Assembly: GCA_051530055.1 (NCBI GenBank)
Contig: CM121343.1
Coordinates: 838,389 to 902,388 of the forward strand
Source of the DNA: Neoechinorhynchus agilis
Lineage: Eukaryota; Animalia; Acanthocephala
Direction: 5' to 3'
Length of the DNA stretch: 64,000 bases
Shown here piece by piece: positions 44,501-57,400 of this stretch (its first letter is position 1; every line of letters starts with the position of its first letter). Position numbers and translations under genes: made by a program. The notes under the pieces are model-generated. The model saw only the letters and a list, made by a program, of their open reading frames with translations, made no database searches and was not told the DNA's origin.

Positions 44501-47500
44501 ACCGGGCTGATTATCTTAACAACAAATTCAACATTGTAGCTTTGTTGGATGGTGTTGAACATAATCCAGGTTCAAGATTCCATTATTATTATGAAATATC
44601 GTGGCAATAAGACACAATTAAACAATGACTAAAGAAGTGACGCTTCTACTTTCGAAACATTTCCCAATAAAGGAATCCTTTACCGGGCTGATTATCTTAA
44701 CAACAAATTCAACATTGTAGCTTTGTTGGATGGTGTTGAACATAATCCAGGTTCAAGATTCCATTATTATTATGAAATATCGTGGCAATAAGACACAATT
44801 AAACAATGACTAAAGAAGTGACGCTTCTACTTTCGAAACACTTCCTAATAAAGAATCCTTAACCGGGCTGATTATCTTAACAACAAATTCAACATTGTAG
44901 CTTTGTTGGATGGTGTTGAACATAATCCAGGTTCAAGATTCCATTATTATTACGAAATATCGTGGCAATAAGACACAATTAAACAATGGCTAAAGAAGTG
45001 AGGCTTCTACCTTCGAAACATTTAATAATAAAGGAATCCTTCACCGGGCTGATTATCCTAACAACAAATTCAACATTGTAGCTTTGTTGAATGGTGTTGA
45101 ACATAATCCAGGTTCAAGATTCCATTATTATTATGAAACATCGTGGCAATAAGACACAATTAAACAATGGCTAAAGAAGTGAGGCTTCTACCTTCGAAAC
45201 ATTTAATAATAAAGGAATCCTTCACCGGCATTATCTTAACAACATGTTCAACATTGTAGCTTTGTTGGATGGTGTTGAACATAATCCAGGTTAAAGATTC
45301 CATTATTATTATGAAATATCGTGGCAATAAGACACAATTAAACAATGACTAAAGAAGTGACGCTTCTACTTTCGAAACATTTCCCAATAAAGGAATCCTT
45401 AACCGGACTGATTATCTCAACAACAAATTCAACATTGTAGCTTTGTTTGATGGTGTTCAACATAATCCAGGTTCAAGATTCCATTATTATTATGAAATAT
45501 CGTGGAAATAAGACACAATTAAACAATGACTAAAGAAGTGAGGCTTCTACTTTCGAAACATTTCCTAATAATAAAGGAATCCTTAACCGGGCTGATTATC
45601 TTAACAACAAATTCAACATTGTAGCTCTGTTGAATAGTGTTGAACATAATCCAGGTTCAAGATTCCATTATTATTACGAAATATCGGGGCAATAAGACAC
45701 AATTAAACAATGACTAAAATAGTGAGGCTTCGAAGTTCGAAACATTTCTAATAAAAAAATCCTTAACCGGGCTGATTATCTTAACAACAAATTCAACATT
45801 GTAGCTTTGTTGGATGGTGTTGGAAATATAATCCAGGTTCAAGATTCCATTATTATTACGAAATATAGTGGCAATAAGACACAATTAAACAATGACTAAA
45901 GAAGTGAGGCTTCTACTTTCGAAACATTTCCTAATAATAAAGGAATCCTTAACCGGGCTGATTATCTCAACAACAAATTCAACATTGTAGCTTTGTTGGA
46001 TGGTGCGGAACATAATCCAGGTTCAAGATTCCATTATTATTACGAAATATAGTGGCAATAAGACACAATTAAACAATGACTAAAGTGAGGCTTCTACTTT
46101 CGAAACATTTCCTAATAATAAAGGAATCCTTAACCGGGCTGATTATCTTAACAACAAATTCAACATTGTAGCTTTGTTGGATGGTGTTGAACATAATCCA
46201 GGTTCAAGATTCCATTATTATTACGAAATATCGTGGCAATAAGACACAATTAAACAATGACTAAAGAAGTGAGGCTTCTACTTTCGAAACATTTCCTAAT
46301 AATAAAGGAATCCTTAACCGGGCTGATTATCTTAACAACAAATTCAACATTGTAGCTTTGTTGGATGGTGTTGAACATAATCCAGGTTCAAGATTCCATT
46401 ATTATTACGAAATATCGTGGCAATAAGACACAATTAAACAATGACTAAAGAAGTGAGGCTTCTATTGAAACATTTCCTAATAATAAAGGAATCCTTAACC
46501 GGGTTGATTATCTTAACAACAAATTCAACATTGTAGCTTTGTTGGATGGTGTTGAACATAATCCAGGTTCAAGATTCCATTATTATTATGAAGTATCGTG
46601 GCAATAAGACACAATTAAACAATGACTAAAGAAGTGAGGCTTCTACTTTCGAAACATTTCCTAATAATAAAGGAATCCTTAACCGGGCTGATTATCTTAA
46701 CAACAAATTCAACATTGTAGCTTTGTTGAATGGTGTTGAACATAATCCAGGTTCAAGATTCCATTATTATTACGAAATATCGTGGCAATAAGACACAATT
46801 AAACAATGACTAAAGAAGTGACGCTTCGACTTTCGAAACATTTCCTAATAAAGGAATCCTTAAATCGGGCTGGATTATCTCAACAACAAATTCAACATTG
46901 TAGCTTTGTTGGATGGTGCGGAACATAATCCAGGTTCAAGATTCCATTATTATTATGAAATATCGTGGCAATAAGAAACAATTAAATAATGACTCAAGAA
47001 GTGAGGCTTCTACTTTCGAAACATTTCCTAATAAAGGAATCCTTAACCGGGCTGATTATCTTAACAACAAATTCAACATTGTAGCTTTGTTGGATGATGT
47101 TGAACATAATCCAGGTTCAAGATTCCATTATTATTACGAAATATCGTGGCAATAAGACACAATTAAACAATGACTAAAAAAGTGAGGCTTCTACTTTCGA
47201 AACATTTCCTAATAATAAAGGAATCCTTAACCGGGCTGATTATCTCAACAACAAATTCAACATTGTAGCTTTGTTGGATGGTGCGGAACATAATCCAGGT
47301 TCAAGATTCCATTATTATTACGAAATATCGTGGCAATAAGACACAATTAAACAATGACTAAAGAAGTGACGCTTCTACTTTCGAAACATTTCCTAATAAT
47401 AAAGGAATCCTTAACCGGGCTGATTATCTTAACAACAAATTCAACATTGTAGCTTTGTTGGATGGTGTTGAAAATAATCCATGCTCAAGATTCCATTATT

Positions 47501-50069
47501 ATTATGAAATATCGTGGAAATAAGACACAATTAAACAATGACTAAAGAAGTGAGGCTTCTACTTTCGAAACATTTCCCAATAAAGGAATCCTTAACCGGG
47601 CTGATTATCTTAACAACAAATTCAACATTGTAGCTTTGTTGGATGATGTTGAACATAATCCATGCTCAAGATTCCATTATTATTATGAAATATAGTGGCA
47701 ATAAGACACAATTAAACAATGACTAAAGAAGTGAGGCTTCTACTTTCGAAACATTTCCTAATAAAGGAATCCTTAACCGGGCTGATTATCTTAACAACAA
47801 ATTCAACATTGTAGCTTTGTTGGATGGTGTTGAAAATAATCCATGCTCAAGATTCCATTATTCATATGAAATATCGTGGCAATAAGACACAATTAAAAGA
47901 TGACTAAAGAAGTGACGCTTCTACTTTCGAAACATTTCCTAATAAAGGAATCCTTAACCGGGCTGATTATCTTAACAACAAATTCAACATTGTAGCTTTG
48001 TTGGATGGTGCTGAACATAATCCAGGTTCCAAGATTCCATTATTATTACGAAATATCGTGGCAATAAGACACAATTAAACAATGACTAAAGAAGTGAGGC
48101 TTCTATTTTCGAAACATTTCCCAATAATAAAGGAATCCTTAACCGGGCTGATTATCTTAACAACAACAAATTCAACATTGTGGCTTTGTTGGATGATGTT
48201 GAACATAATCCATGCTCAAGATTCCATTATTATTATGAAATATAGTGGCAATAAGACACAATTAAACAATGACTAAAAAGTGAGGCTTCTACTTTCGAAA
48301 CATTTCCTAATAAAGGAATCCTTAACCGGGCTGATTATCTTAACAACAAATTCAACATTGTAGCTTTGTTGGATGGTGTTGAACATAATCCAGGTTCAAG
48401 ATTCCATTATTATTACGAAATATCGTGGCAATAAGACACAATTAAACAATGACTAAAGAAGTGACGCTTCTACTTTCGAAATATTTCCTAATAATAAAGG
48501 AATCCTTAACCGGGCTGATTATCTTAACAACAAATTCAACATTGTAGCTCTGTTGGATGGTGTTGAACATAATCCAGGTTCAAGATTCCATTATTATTAC
48601 GAAATATCGTGGCAATAAGACACAATTAAAAGATGACTAAAGAAGTGACGCTTCTACTTTCGAAACATTTCCTAATAAAGGAATCCTTAACCGGGCTGAT
48701 TATCTTAACAACAAATTCAACATTGTAGCTTTGTTGGATGGTGTTGAACATAATCCAGTTTCAAGATTCCATTATTATATGAAATATCGTGGCAATAAGA
48801 CACAATTAAACAATGACTAAAGAAGTGATGCTTCTACTTTCGAAACATTTCCTAATAAAGGAATCCTCAACCGGGCTGATTATCTTGGACGACAAATTCA
48901 ACATTGTAGCTTTCTTGGATGGTGTTGAACATCATAATCCCGGTTCAAGATTCCATTATTATTATGAAATATCGTGGCAATAAGACACAATTAAACAATG
49001 ACTAAAGAAGTGATGCTTCTACTTTCGAAACATTTCCTAATAAAGGAATCCTTAACCGGGCTGATTATCTTAACGACAAATTCAACATTGTAGCTTTGTT
49101 GGATGATGTTGAACATAATCCCGGTTCAAGATCCCATTATTATTATGAAATATAGTGGAAATAAGAAACAATTAAACAATGACTAAAGTCAGGCTTCTAC
49201 TTTCGAAACATTTCCTAATAAAGGAATCCTTAACCGGGCTGATTATCTTAACGACAAATTCAACATTGTAGCTTTGTTGGATGATGTTGAACATAATCCA
49301 GGTTCAAGATTCCATTATTATTATGAAATATTGTGGAAATAAGACACAATTAAACAATGACTAAAGTGAGGCTTCTACTTTCGAAACATTTCCTAATAAA
49401 GGAATCCTTAACCGGGCTGATTATCTTAACAACAAATTCAACATTGTAGCTTTATTGATGATGTTGAATATAATCCAGGTTCAGATTCTAATATTATTAT
49501 GAAATATCGTGGCAATAAGACACAATTAAACAATGACTAAAGAAGTGAGGCTTCTACTGAAACATTTCCTAATAATAAAGGAATCCTTAACCGGATCTTA
49601 ACAACAAATTCAACATTGTAGCTTTTTGTGTGTTTTGTGTTTTTTGTTGTGGAATAAGAACAATTTGTGTGTTTTAATAAAGGAATCCTTAACCGGGTGA
49701 TTATCTTAACAACAAATTCAACATTGTAGCTTTGTTGGATGGTGTTGAACATAATCCAGGTTCAAGATTCCATTATTATTACGAAATATCGTGGCAATAA
49801 GACACAATTAAACAATGACTAAAGAAGTGAGGCTTCTACTTTCGAAACATTTCCTAATAAAGGAATCCTTAACCGGGCTGATTATCTTAACAACAAATTC
49901 AACATTGTAGCTTTGTTGGATGGTGTTGAACATAATCCAGGTTCAAGATTCCATTATTATTATGAAATATCGTGGCAATAAGACACAATTAAACAATGAC
50001 TAAAGAAGTGAGGCTTCTACTTTCGAAACATTTCCTAATAAAGGAATCCTTAACCGGGCTGATTATCTT
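38557..50069. repeat. Tandem satellite, 181-bp unit, ~63-64 copies, 11.5 kb
   Basis: GCTGATTATCTTAACAAC... recurs at 39097, 39278, 39459 (181-bp period); length variants 178-184 bp. Confidence 0.98.
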
Positions 50070-50611
50070 CACCGCTACCATTCAATATTTTGCTTCCCGA
50101 AGGATCTCCTTGTTATGATTGTAGCTATGATGACCCAATATGACGTATGCCGTTTTGTTTCTTCCAGATGGAAATTAGAAAAGGTGCCAGTGACATTTTG
50201 GCTTGCAATCTACTTTGGTGGTTGTTGTAGGGTTGGGATGGTTTGATGTTGTTTTAAACTATTTTATTTGCTGCTTTTTTCACCCTTCGGTTGTGCGAAA
50301 TTAACTTCGTTGATTATTGAAACATTGCTGTCTGTACAATCTCGGATGAGCCAAGAGCCATCGATTTTCACAAGGTTCTTTATTTTGGGCGATAAAACTT
50401 GTGATTTTCGAAGCCAGCGCATAAACTACATTTTAAGGTTAAGAGCTACGACTAAGGTGCGGGTTTTTACATCGCTTGAGGTGGGGTTGCTAATAATTTC
50501 CCAGTCATGTCAACGGTCTACGGAAATGACCACTTTCTGGGTAGTTAGTTTCCTGCGGTTGTTTTTGGACTGCGTCCATTTTAGCGCGAGATGCTTAATG
50601 TAAAACTTTAA

Positions 50612-50687
50612 TACAGTCGATTCGGGTTAATATCGGTCAAAACGGCCGCGTCCCGACGTGGTCCGAGATTTTAACCGGAATCGATTG
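50612..50687. mobile_element. 74-bp mini-MITE with Tc1/mariner/pogo-like TA-CAGT end
   Basis: TA|CAGTCGATTCGGGTTAATATCGG pairs with CCGAGATTTTAACCGGAATCGATTG; right-hand TA not preserved. Confidence 0.5.
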
Positions 50688-51454
50688 GAATTTTAAAAAC
50701 AAAGGGTTAAAATCTTAAGCCTTGGATATTATCGTTTTAATGCCCAATTGGTCATAATTGGCCTCTTACAGGTCCAGTATCAGAATTTTCGGACCCACCC
50801 CAGAGTCGTTTGAGGTTCATATTAATATTGAACATTGCAAACGTCGTACGCTTTCTATAGATATCCGGCTGACCTTGTCTCAAATCGCTAATATTCACTA
50901 TGTGTTATTACTGTCGATCGGCATCTTTGGTTGAGACGTTGTAAACTATATTGAATGGCTTTGGGTTACGTGACTTTCAGCGATGCATTCTTTGAGCGTG
51001 AACCTTAAGCTGAATGTTTCTGCTCTCTAGGGAAACGCGTTCAGAGCTGTGTTTTGATTTGGCCGACCTAAAATCATAGAGTATACCAAACGCTTCAACA
51101 AAGACTATCACGAATCATCGAGAGATAATCCTCCGGGATGATAGAATTGGAGATGTTGTGATCATATTCCTCCCTCCGAATAAAGCATATTTTATTGAAA
51201 TGTGTTTTATCTAGGATTATGATCACGAAAACCCCATTATCACCAATGTAAGGCTAAGAACGAAAGCACTCGTAAGTCAAAAAGTAAACAAACTACAGTT
51301 TTAAACTCGATAATATATATATTGCCATCTAGGACAGATCATTGTATTTGCGCTTGATGTTCGATTTTCCGATTTTTTCATATAGTGCATATTCCGACCA
51401 TTTCTAGCTGACCCATTTTATTTTTAGATTTTTAAACCGAATATTACAATTCAA

Positions 51455-54400
51455 ATGGCTTCACGGATTGCAGTATGGATAATTCTGACCTCCGCTGCTT
51501 CGGTTAGTGAATTATCCGGTAATTCGAATCATTTCTTGAATGAATCATCCAACGTTTTCCTTACAAAACCTCCATCAAAGTACTTATTGTTGTTATTGTG
51601 CTCAGTACTTATTGGTTTGCTGAGCTTTGAGTTTCTTGCGAGAGCTCGCCTACAAGGCTTTTTTGTGCAATATTTGCTTCGAAGATACTGTGCAAGCAAT
51701 CAGCACGCAAATATCGAAATCACCTTGGATTCAACTTCCTTCTCAATTATATTTGCAACTTGGCATGCCCACAATCTCAGGATTAAAAACGATAGAGTGG
51801 TTGTTACGATTAAAGTGTTATCAATTAGTATGACATACTGGCTTATAGATCGACTCAAAATTGGTCCTTTCAAGGAAGGTGGATTACTTCTTGTCCGAGC
51901 TCAGGGAGTGCAAATTCGTCTGTCACCTGCAAAGAAATCGGCAATGTTGGATAACAGGATGTCTCATGTACCCCAGTATAGATTCTTCAACGACGATATG
52001 TCGGATTCTGAAGATGAGCAGGGGTTTGCAAGGAGGTCAAGTGTTATTTGGCGTTCATGTTTCCGCTTGTTTTATCCCATCGCTAATCGAATTTACTCAA
52101 ACGTGGTCTCAGACATATTCTGTTTTCTGGTGACTTGCATCTCAATGGTAATTACGGACATTAAGGTATCACTAACTTATCCAGATTCCCCAATTGCGCT
52201 TTCTATGAGCAGCAATTTCTTAAATGGGAAGCTAGGCTTTACAGCCACTGACGCCAGCATAAAAACCTCCATCCGATCATTCTACACTAGAGTATCCATA
52301 TTTGGGTTTGATTCGTACTGGGTATCGTGGCCAAACAGTGTACCGAAAGATTTGTACTCCTTTGTCAAGTCAAATCACATCGATTGTCAGTACATCTATG
52401 ATTCATCATCGAACGCTCTTAACTCGGATTGCCCAATGTGGTGGAGTACTGATCATCCACTAGAGCCATGGATATTAAATATTCAATATAATGATGAACT
52501 ATTCGTTCAATATAGCCCGATTTCCAATAGGTTACGGTCCCTGCTCTATTACGAATATTTTCCAATGAAATATGAAGACCAGGTTGTATCAAACGACTAT
52601 GCGACTGTTCCAAGTGCACTACGGGGTTGTAGAATAGACATTGGTGCCAGTAACAAAACCGACCCCTGCTGTCGGCACTTTAAATTCATTATGTGGTGGG
52701 CTCACACAGCCTCCTCAACCGAATCACTCACCGTAACAAGTAAAAGCGGATTCTCTTTCTCAGCTTATGTTCCATATTTAGTCGGACCGGATGGGTCCGA
52801 TTTGTCTTTAAACGTCCTTTTTCACGATACAAATGTGAGCGCCTCTAGCTTATGTTTTTCGCGCTTGTACTCACCAAGGAATGGAGCAAAGAAACATGAA
52901 ACAATGATCACCGCAAATATCCACTTCCCGAACGCATGGCATGATGTTCAAGTTTGGAGGATATCGTTTCATTCGAAATCGCCAAGCATCGTCTACCTTC
53001 TGAACTATCACATCGATTACGTTAAAAGTTTCGTGGACGACTGGACTGCCCAGCCGTCCAGTCCAGTAATTTCAAATGCTTCGACTTTTATTCGTACTCA
53101 GTATCTTGCGAATTTCCAATTCGATCTCATACAAATTCGCCTACCCGTAAATCAGTTCAACGTTCTCGATTGCAATGAAAAGGACGATGATGACGATATC
53201 CAGAACACGTATTTTATTATTGAGTCGAATAAGCCATTATTGATCAACCTTTCCATGCCATTCCTTGATTTCTGTCCCGAATTGGCTACAATCGAGTTTG
53301 ATTTGACAGCAAATGAACTTGTGCTCAGCTTTCTTTTTGGTCTCGATAGTCTTAATACAAGCGCCTTCTATACTCTACTAAACCAGTCATCGAATTTTCA
53401 ATCACACATATCACGTCCGAATATCATCAAGGCGTGGTATTCCCCGGAATTGAGCGTAAAATCCAAATATACATATCATCCAGTTGATTCATTTTTGACA
53501 TTCTCGCGGTCATCACAATCTTCTGCCGGGGTTGACCCATTTAAGCTCAGTCCTGATATGCTCGAGAACTCGATATTCCTGGGATCATTCTCCGACTTGT
53601 TATTGTCAGGTAGTTTACTACGATATCTGTGGTTTTTTAAAGACAACTATTTCGGTCTGTACCAAAATGTGCATGACATCCGAGGCAGAAAACACCATTT
53701 TACTCAAGTCGCCCCAGATGAGCCATTCCATCAAATTCTTTTAAAAAGACCGTTACTCATCAAGTTACACATGATAATCACTCGAATCAGAGCTCATATC
53801 GGAGCCTACGACAACGGCATTTCGTTTGCCCCAATCATTCTTGTGGACGGTCTCCATACTGAAGTCTTCTACAACCACGAAACGATGCGCTTGGGAGTTG
53901 GATTCACTTCCGTACGATCGTACATCCGCGGTGAACGCGATATGGGCAGTCTATACATTACGGACGGTATTCAATTTAGAGCACAGTCGCTCATGTGTCC
54001 ACAATTTCACAAGCCGGAATCTATCGAATATGCATGGATCGTTGAGGTAATCATAGGAAAGCTCGAGGGACGTATTTTGTTTGAAGATTTGGACCGCTTA
54101 GTTCGTGAAACATTACCTTCTTTTATTTTAACTGCAAATGAAAATGAACGAAATGCTTGCATTCCTTTCGAAATTCCTAAGCAGCTTCAACTAAAAGTAG
54201 ACCAAGTCAAACTTGCTATGGATGGATTACAAATAAACGTGACCAGTCCCAAAAATTTGCAACTTATTTGTACATCGATGGATGCGATGCATTTAATATA
54301 CTGTTCATTGCACCATAAGATGTGTCGTAGTGGCGCCGAAGTCGTTCTGATGGGGATAAATTGCCGACATTTGATGAACGCTTTTGCCCCCAATAGCACA

Positions 54401-57400
54401 TTCTTCGAAACAGCTCATTTGATTTGCCCATTGATAAGTGTGAATTTCAGAGGTGGCGAAGGGGACGTATCTCGGACGTCGATCCAGTTCCTGGTTGAAA
54501 ATGATCGAAAATTTAAGCGCATTAAACCAATTTGGGAGCAGAGAATGTCAACTGAAATGGTTACTTGTGTGTGCTTTGGTGGCATCGAGTTTTGCGGAAA
54601 ACTTCCACCGGATTTCTTTGGCAAGCGCAACTGTAAATATGCTGCAAATGAGTGCGAATTCGGCTTTGTGCCAAACACAGCCGACCGACTTGCTGGCTTG
54701 GCCTTGAAACTGACCAATACGTTCGTTAATCCTAGTTCCGTCACTGGCAACCAATCTTCAATACCCTTTATTAAACATTCGGAGGACAACGTAGTTCTAA
54801 TGCACGCAGCATCCACGGGATCACTTGACTCTTTATCGGCATTTCGCGATCGGCTTAGACGATATGAATCGATCCCTGAGGATTCTAGATTAAACGAATC
54901 AGCGAAGATCAGTGTTGGAACGCCTACGCAGAAAAAAGGGAATGTCGTTGTCGATTTGGCTGGCCAAATGAACATACCTATTTGGAAATCAAGATTGCTT
55001 TTAGATAGTTATGTTGAGCATTCTCATTTGTTTCGTGTGACTAAGCGTGTACTTCGATTCCCAACTGCAGATTCTGCTGATATTGATTTTGAGTGGAAAC
55101 CTACCTTCTTGATGACCGAGCCGACATCGCCCGATTTTACCGATTTAGAGTACACAATTCAAGACGACGATATGGCAAAATTTGATGAAATTTCGTGCCC
55201 AATGTTAAATGTGGTGTTTCACAGGAAGCTCGATATTTTGATGAGTCCAATATTCGTAGAATCAATCGCTGATTTACGAGCAGAGACGGAAATATTAGTA
55301 GGTGCATATCTTGACTTGGTAACTTCGTCAGTGATTTCCAAGCTACCATCCAAGGTGAGGCAAATGTCCAACAGTCAAGTCACCGTTTCGATAAGCCGAT
55401 GCTCCGTGAAATCCAAGCAATGCGGTTTATCTGAACGTACAGTTCATTTGAATGATCTCGAAGTCTCTTCCGATGTGATATGTGCAAGTGAGATCGGTTT
55501 GACTCTTAAGGGCATCAAGCTGTGCGTTTTAAAATCTTGCACACATCCCGAACAATCCGACGATATTGCAGTGAAATTCTCACTTAAACAATCGTCCCTG
55601 TTTTTGACCAGGTCTTCTAAAGTATTTTCCGAACCAGAGAAATTGTCAATTACCGCTCTTCCCAAGCCTCACACAAATTCAATTCATTGTCGTCCTGAGC
55701 GATGCAGCGACCCAATCATGACCTGTTGTCAAATTCGAGACGTATTAGTGAGTGCGATCTATCCACAATCTACAAGATGTGCCTTATCAAAGGCCACTTT
55801 TAATGTTGAAATTAATTCAATTCTAATTGAGCTACCCGATCCGCCAGCATTCGTTCTGAAGATGCGGAATCCAACAAACAGTCGCTACCATTGGCACTTT
55901 TTAAATACGCTGCCACCAACGCTCAATGCATGGACAAGCTGCTCGGCACGGGTGCAGGGCACTCTTAGGCGACATAAGAAAGAAGTTGAAATAACCCCTG
56001 TTGTTCTTATAACCTACTCATTATATAAGATTTTGAATGATACGGATGACAGTACTTATATACCATCTCGTATCCCACTAACGCCCGATTCGCTGATCCT
56101 GCGTTCCAATGATTCGGTGGCCGTACTGCACGATATAAGACGATTTCTTTTAACTTCACATTCTGGTTTCTATCGCATATATCAACTCGTCAATTACATG
56201 GCACTTAGAGAGGATTCAGAAACGGCCATGCATTTATTGACAGCTTATCTCCTTCGAATGTGGTTTATAAGGAACTCATCAAAACGATCAGGCTCACGGA
56301 GTCATGAAGCCTTAACTGATTCCAAATCTGCATTTCAAAGGAAAATGAATTTACTCTTAGAGTTGCCATCACAATGGATGAGTTCTATTCGTGGCCACAG
56401 AATATTCACCTCTCGTTTGTCAGTCAATAATAGACATCGCAGTAGCAACACTTGTAGGATAGTCGCCCCACCCGTCGCTGTAGTTGGGCCAGTCGAGGAC
56501 GCCATTGCTATTGAACGTTTGTCAAAATCAGAAGCTACAAGGACCAGTCTTAAGACGTTTAGGATTTTATTGGAAACACTCGGAATTGATAGTAGTAAGC
56601 TCAATGGACCGTTGAATGATGGATTGAGCGGGTTGAACAGTCCCTTAATGAGTACATGCGCTACAACTTCAACGGAACCTTGCATTCATACTTATGATGA
56701 TGCATCAATATCATCCTCCTGCTCGTCGCAGCATCCAGGTTGTAAGGCTTCCAATACAACAGCAGGAAGGAGAAGGAATAGAAGGTCCGCAACGTTGCAT
56801 GTATTTCATTCATTGTTGGCAGCTACCGCAAAAACTCGCTACCACCACGTACACTTGCGGTTGGGAAATATTCAAATCATCGTTGTGCGGCCCGAAAACT
56901 GCAAGTGCGTTCATGAGTCCGATAAATGCGGACTTGTCGCTGTTTCCCTTACGAATATTAGTATGAATGCTATTTTGAGTCGTTTTAAGTCTTCGACAAT
57001 GTCTACGAATCTTACGATCAACTCCGGATTGGGTTTAGATAACGCAGTCATTGTCGCAAATATACCGTTAAAACAACTATTCCTGACCTGGCACTGCTTT
57101 CTTATTGAGCTAATTTACAGTTTTTATTGTTTTTACGTCTATAATTAATTGCATATTTTCAATTTAAGGCATCCCAATCTTTTATGGCATGCAAAGAATT
57201 GAGTGTGCAATTTTTCTAAGTATTTTTTAGTTGAATTTCTTGATAGTAGCGGAAATCATCGTGATATTTTGAACGACTTAATAAAAGTTGAGGTATTCAT
57301 TGCACTTTTCCAATAAGGTCATGAATGGTCGTAGTAGCTCGTTTAGCCATACAAATTCACAATACGATTTTGCATGCTTTCAAATCAAGTAGTTTACCTC

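Noticed and set aside
40890-49680. Scrambled satellite units at ~40890-40915, 41620-41660, 42190-42310 and 49590-49680
   Set aside because: Look like consensus or assembly noise; need raw reads before any biological reading.
38557-50069. ORFs within the 181-bp array, and LINE RT-like RIPLLGNVSKVE in one frame
   Set aside because: Stops recur in every frame; motif spacing does not fit the LINE consensus.
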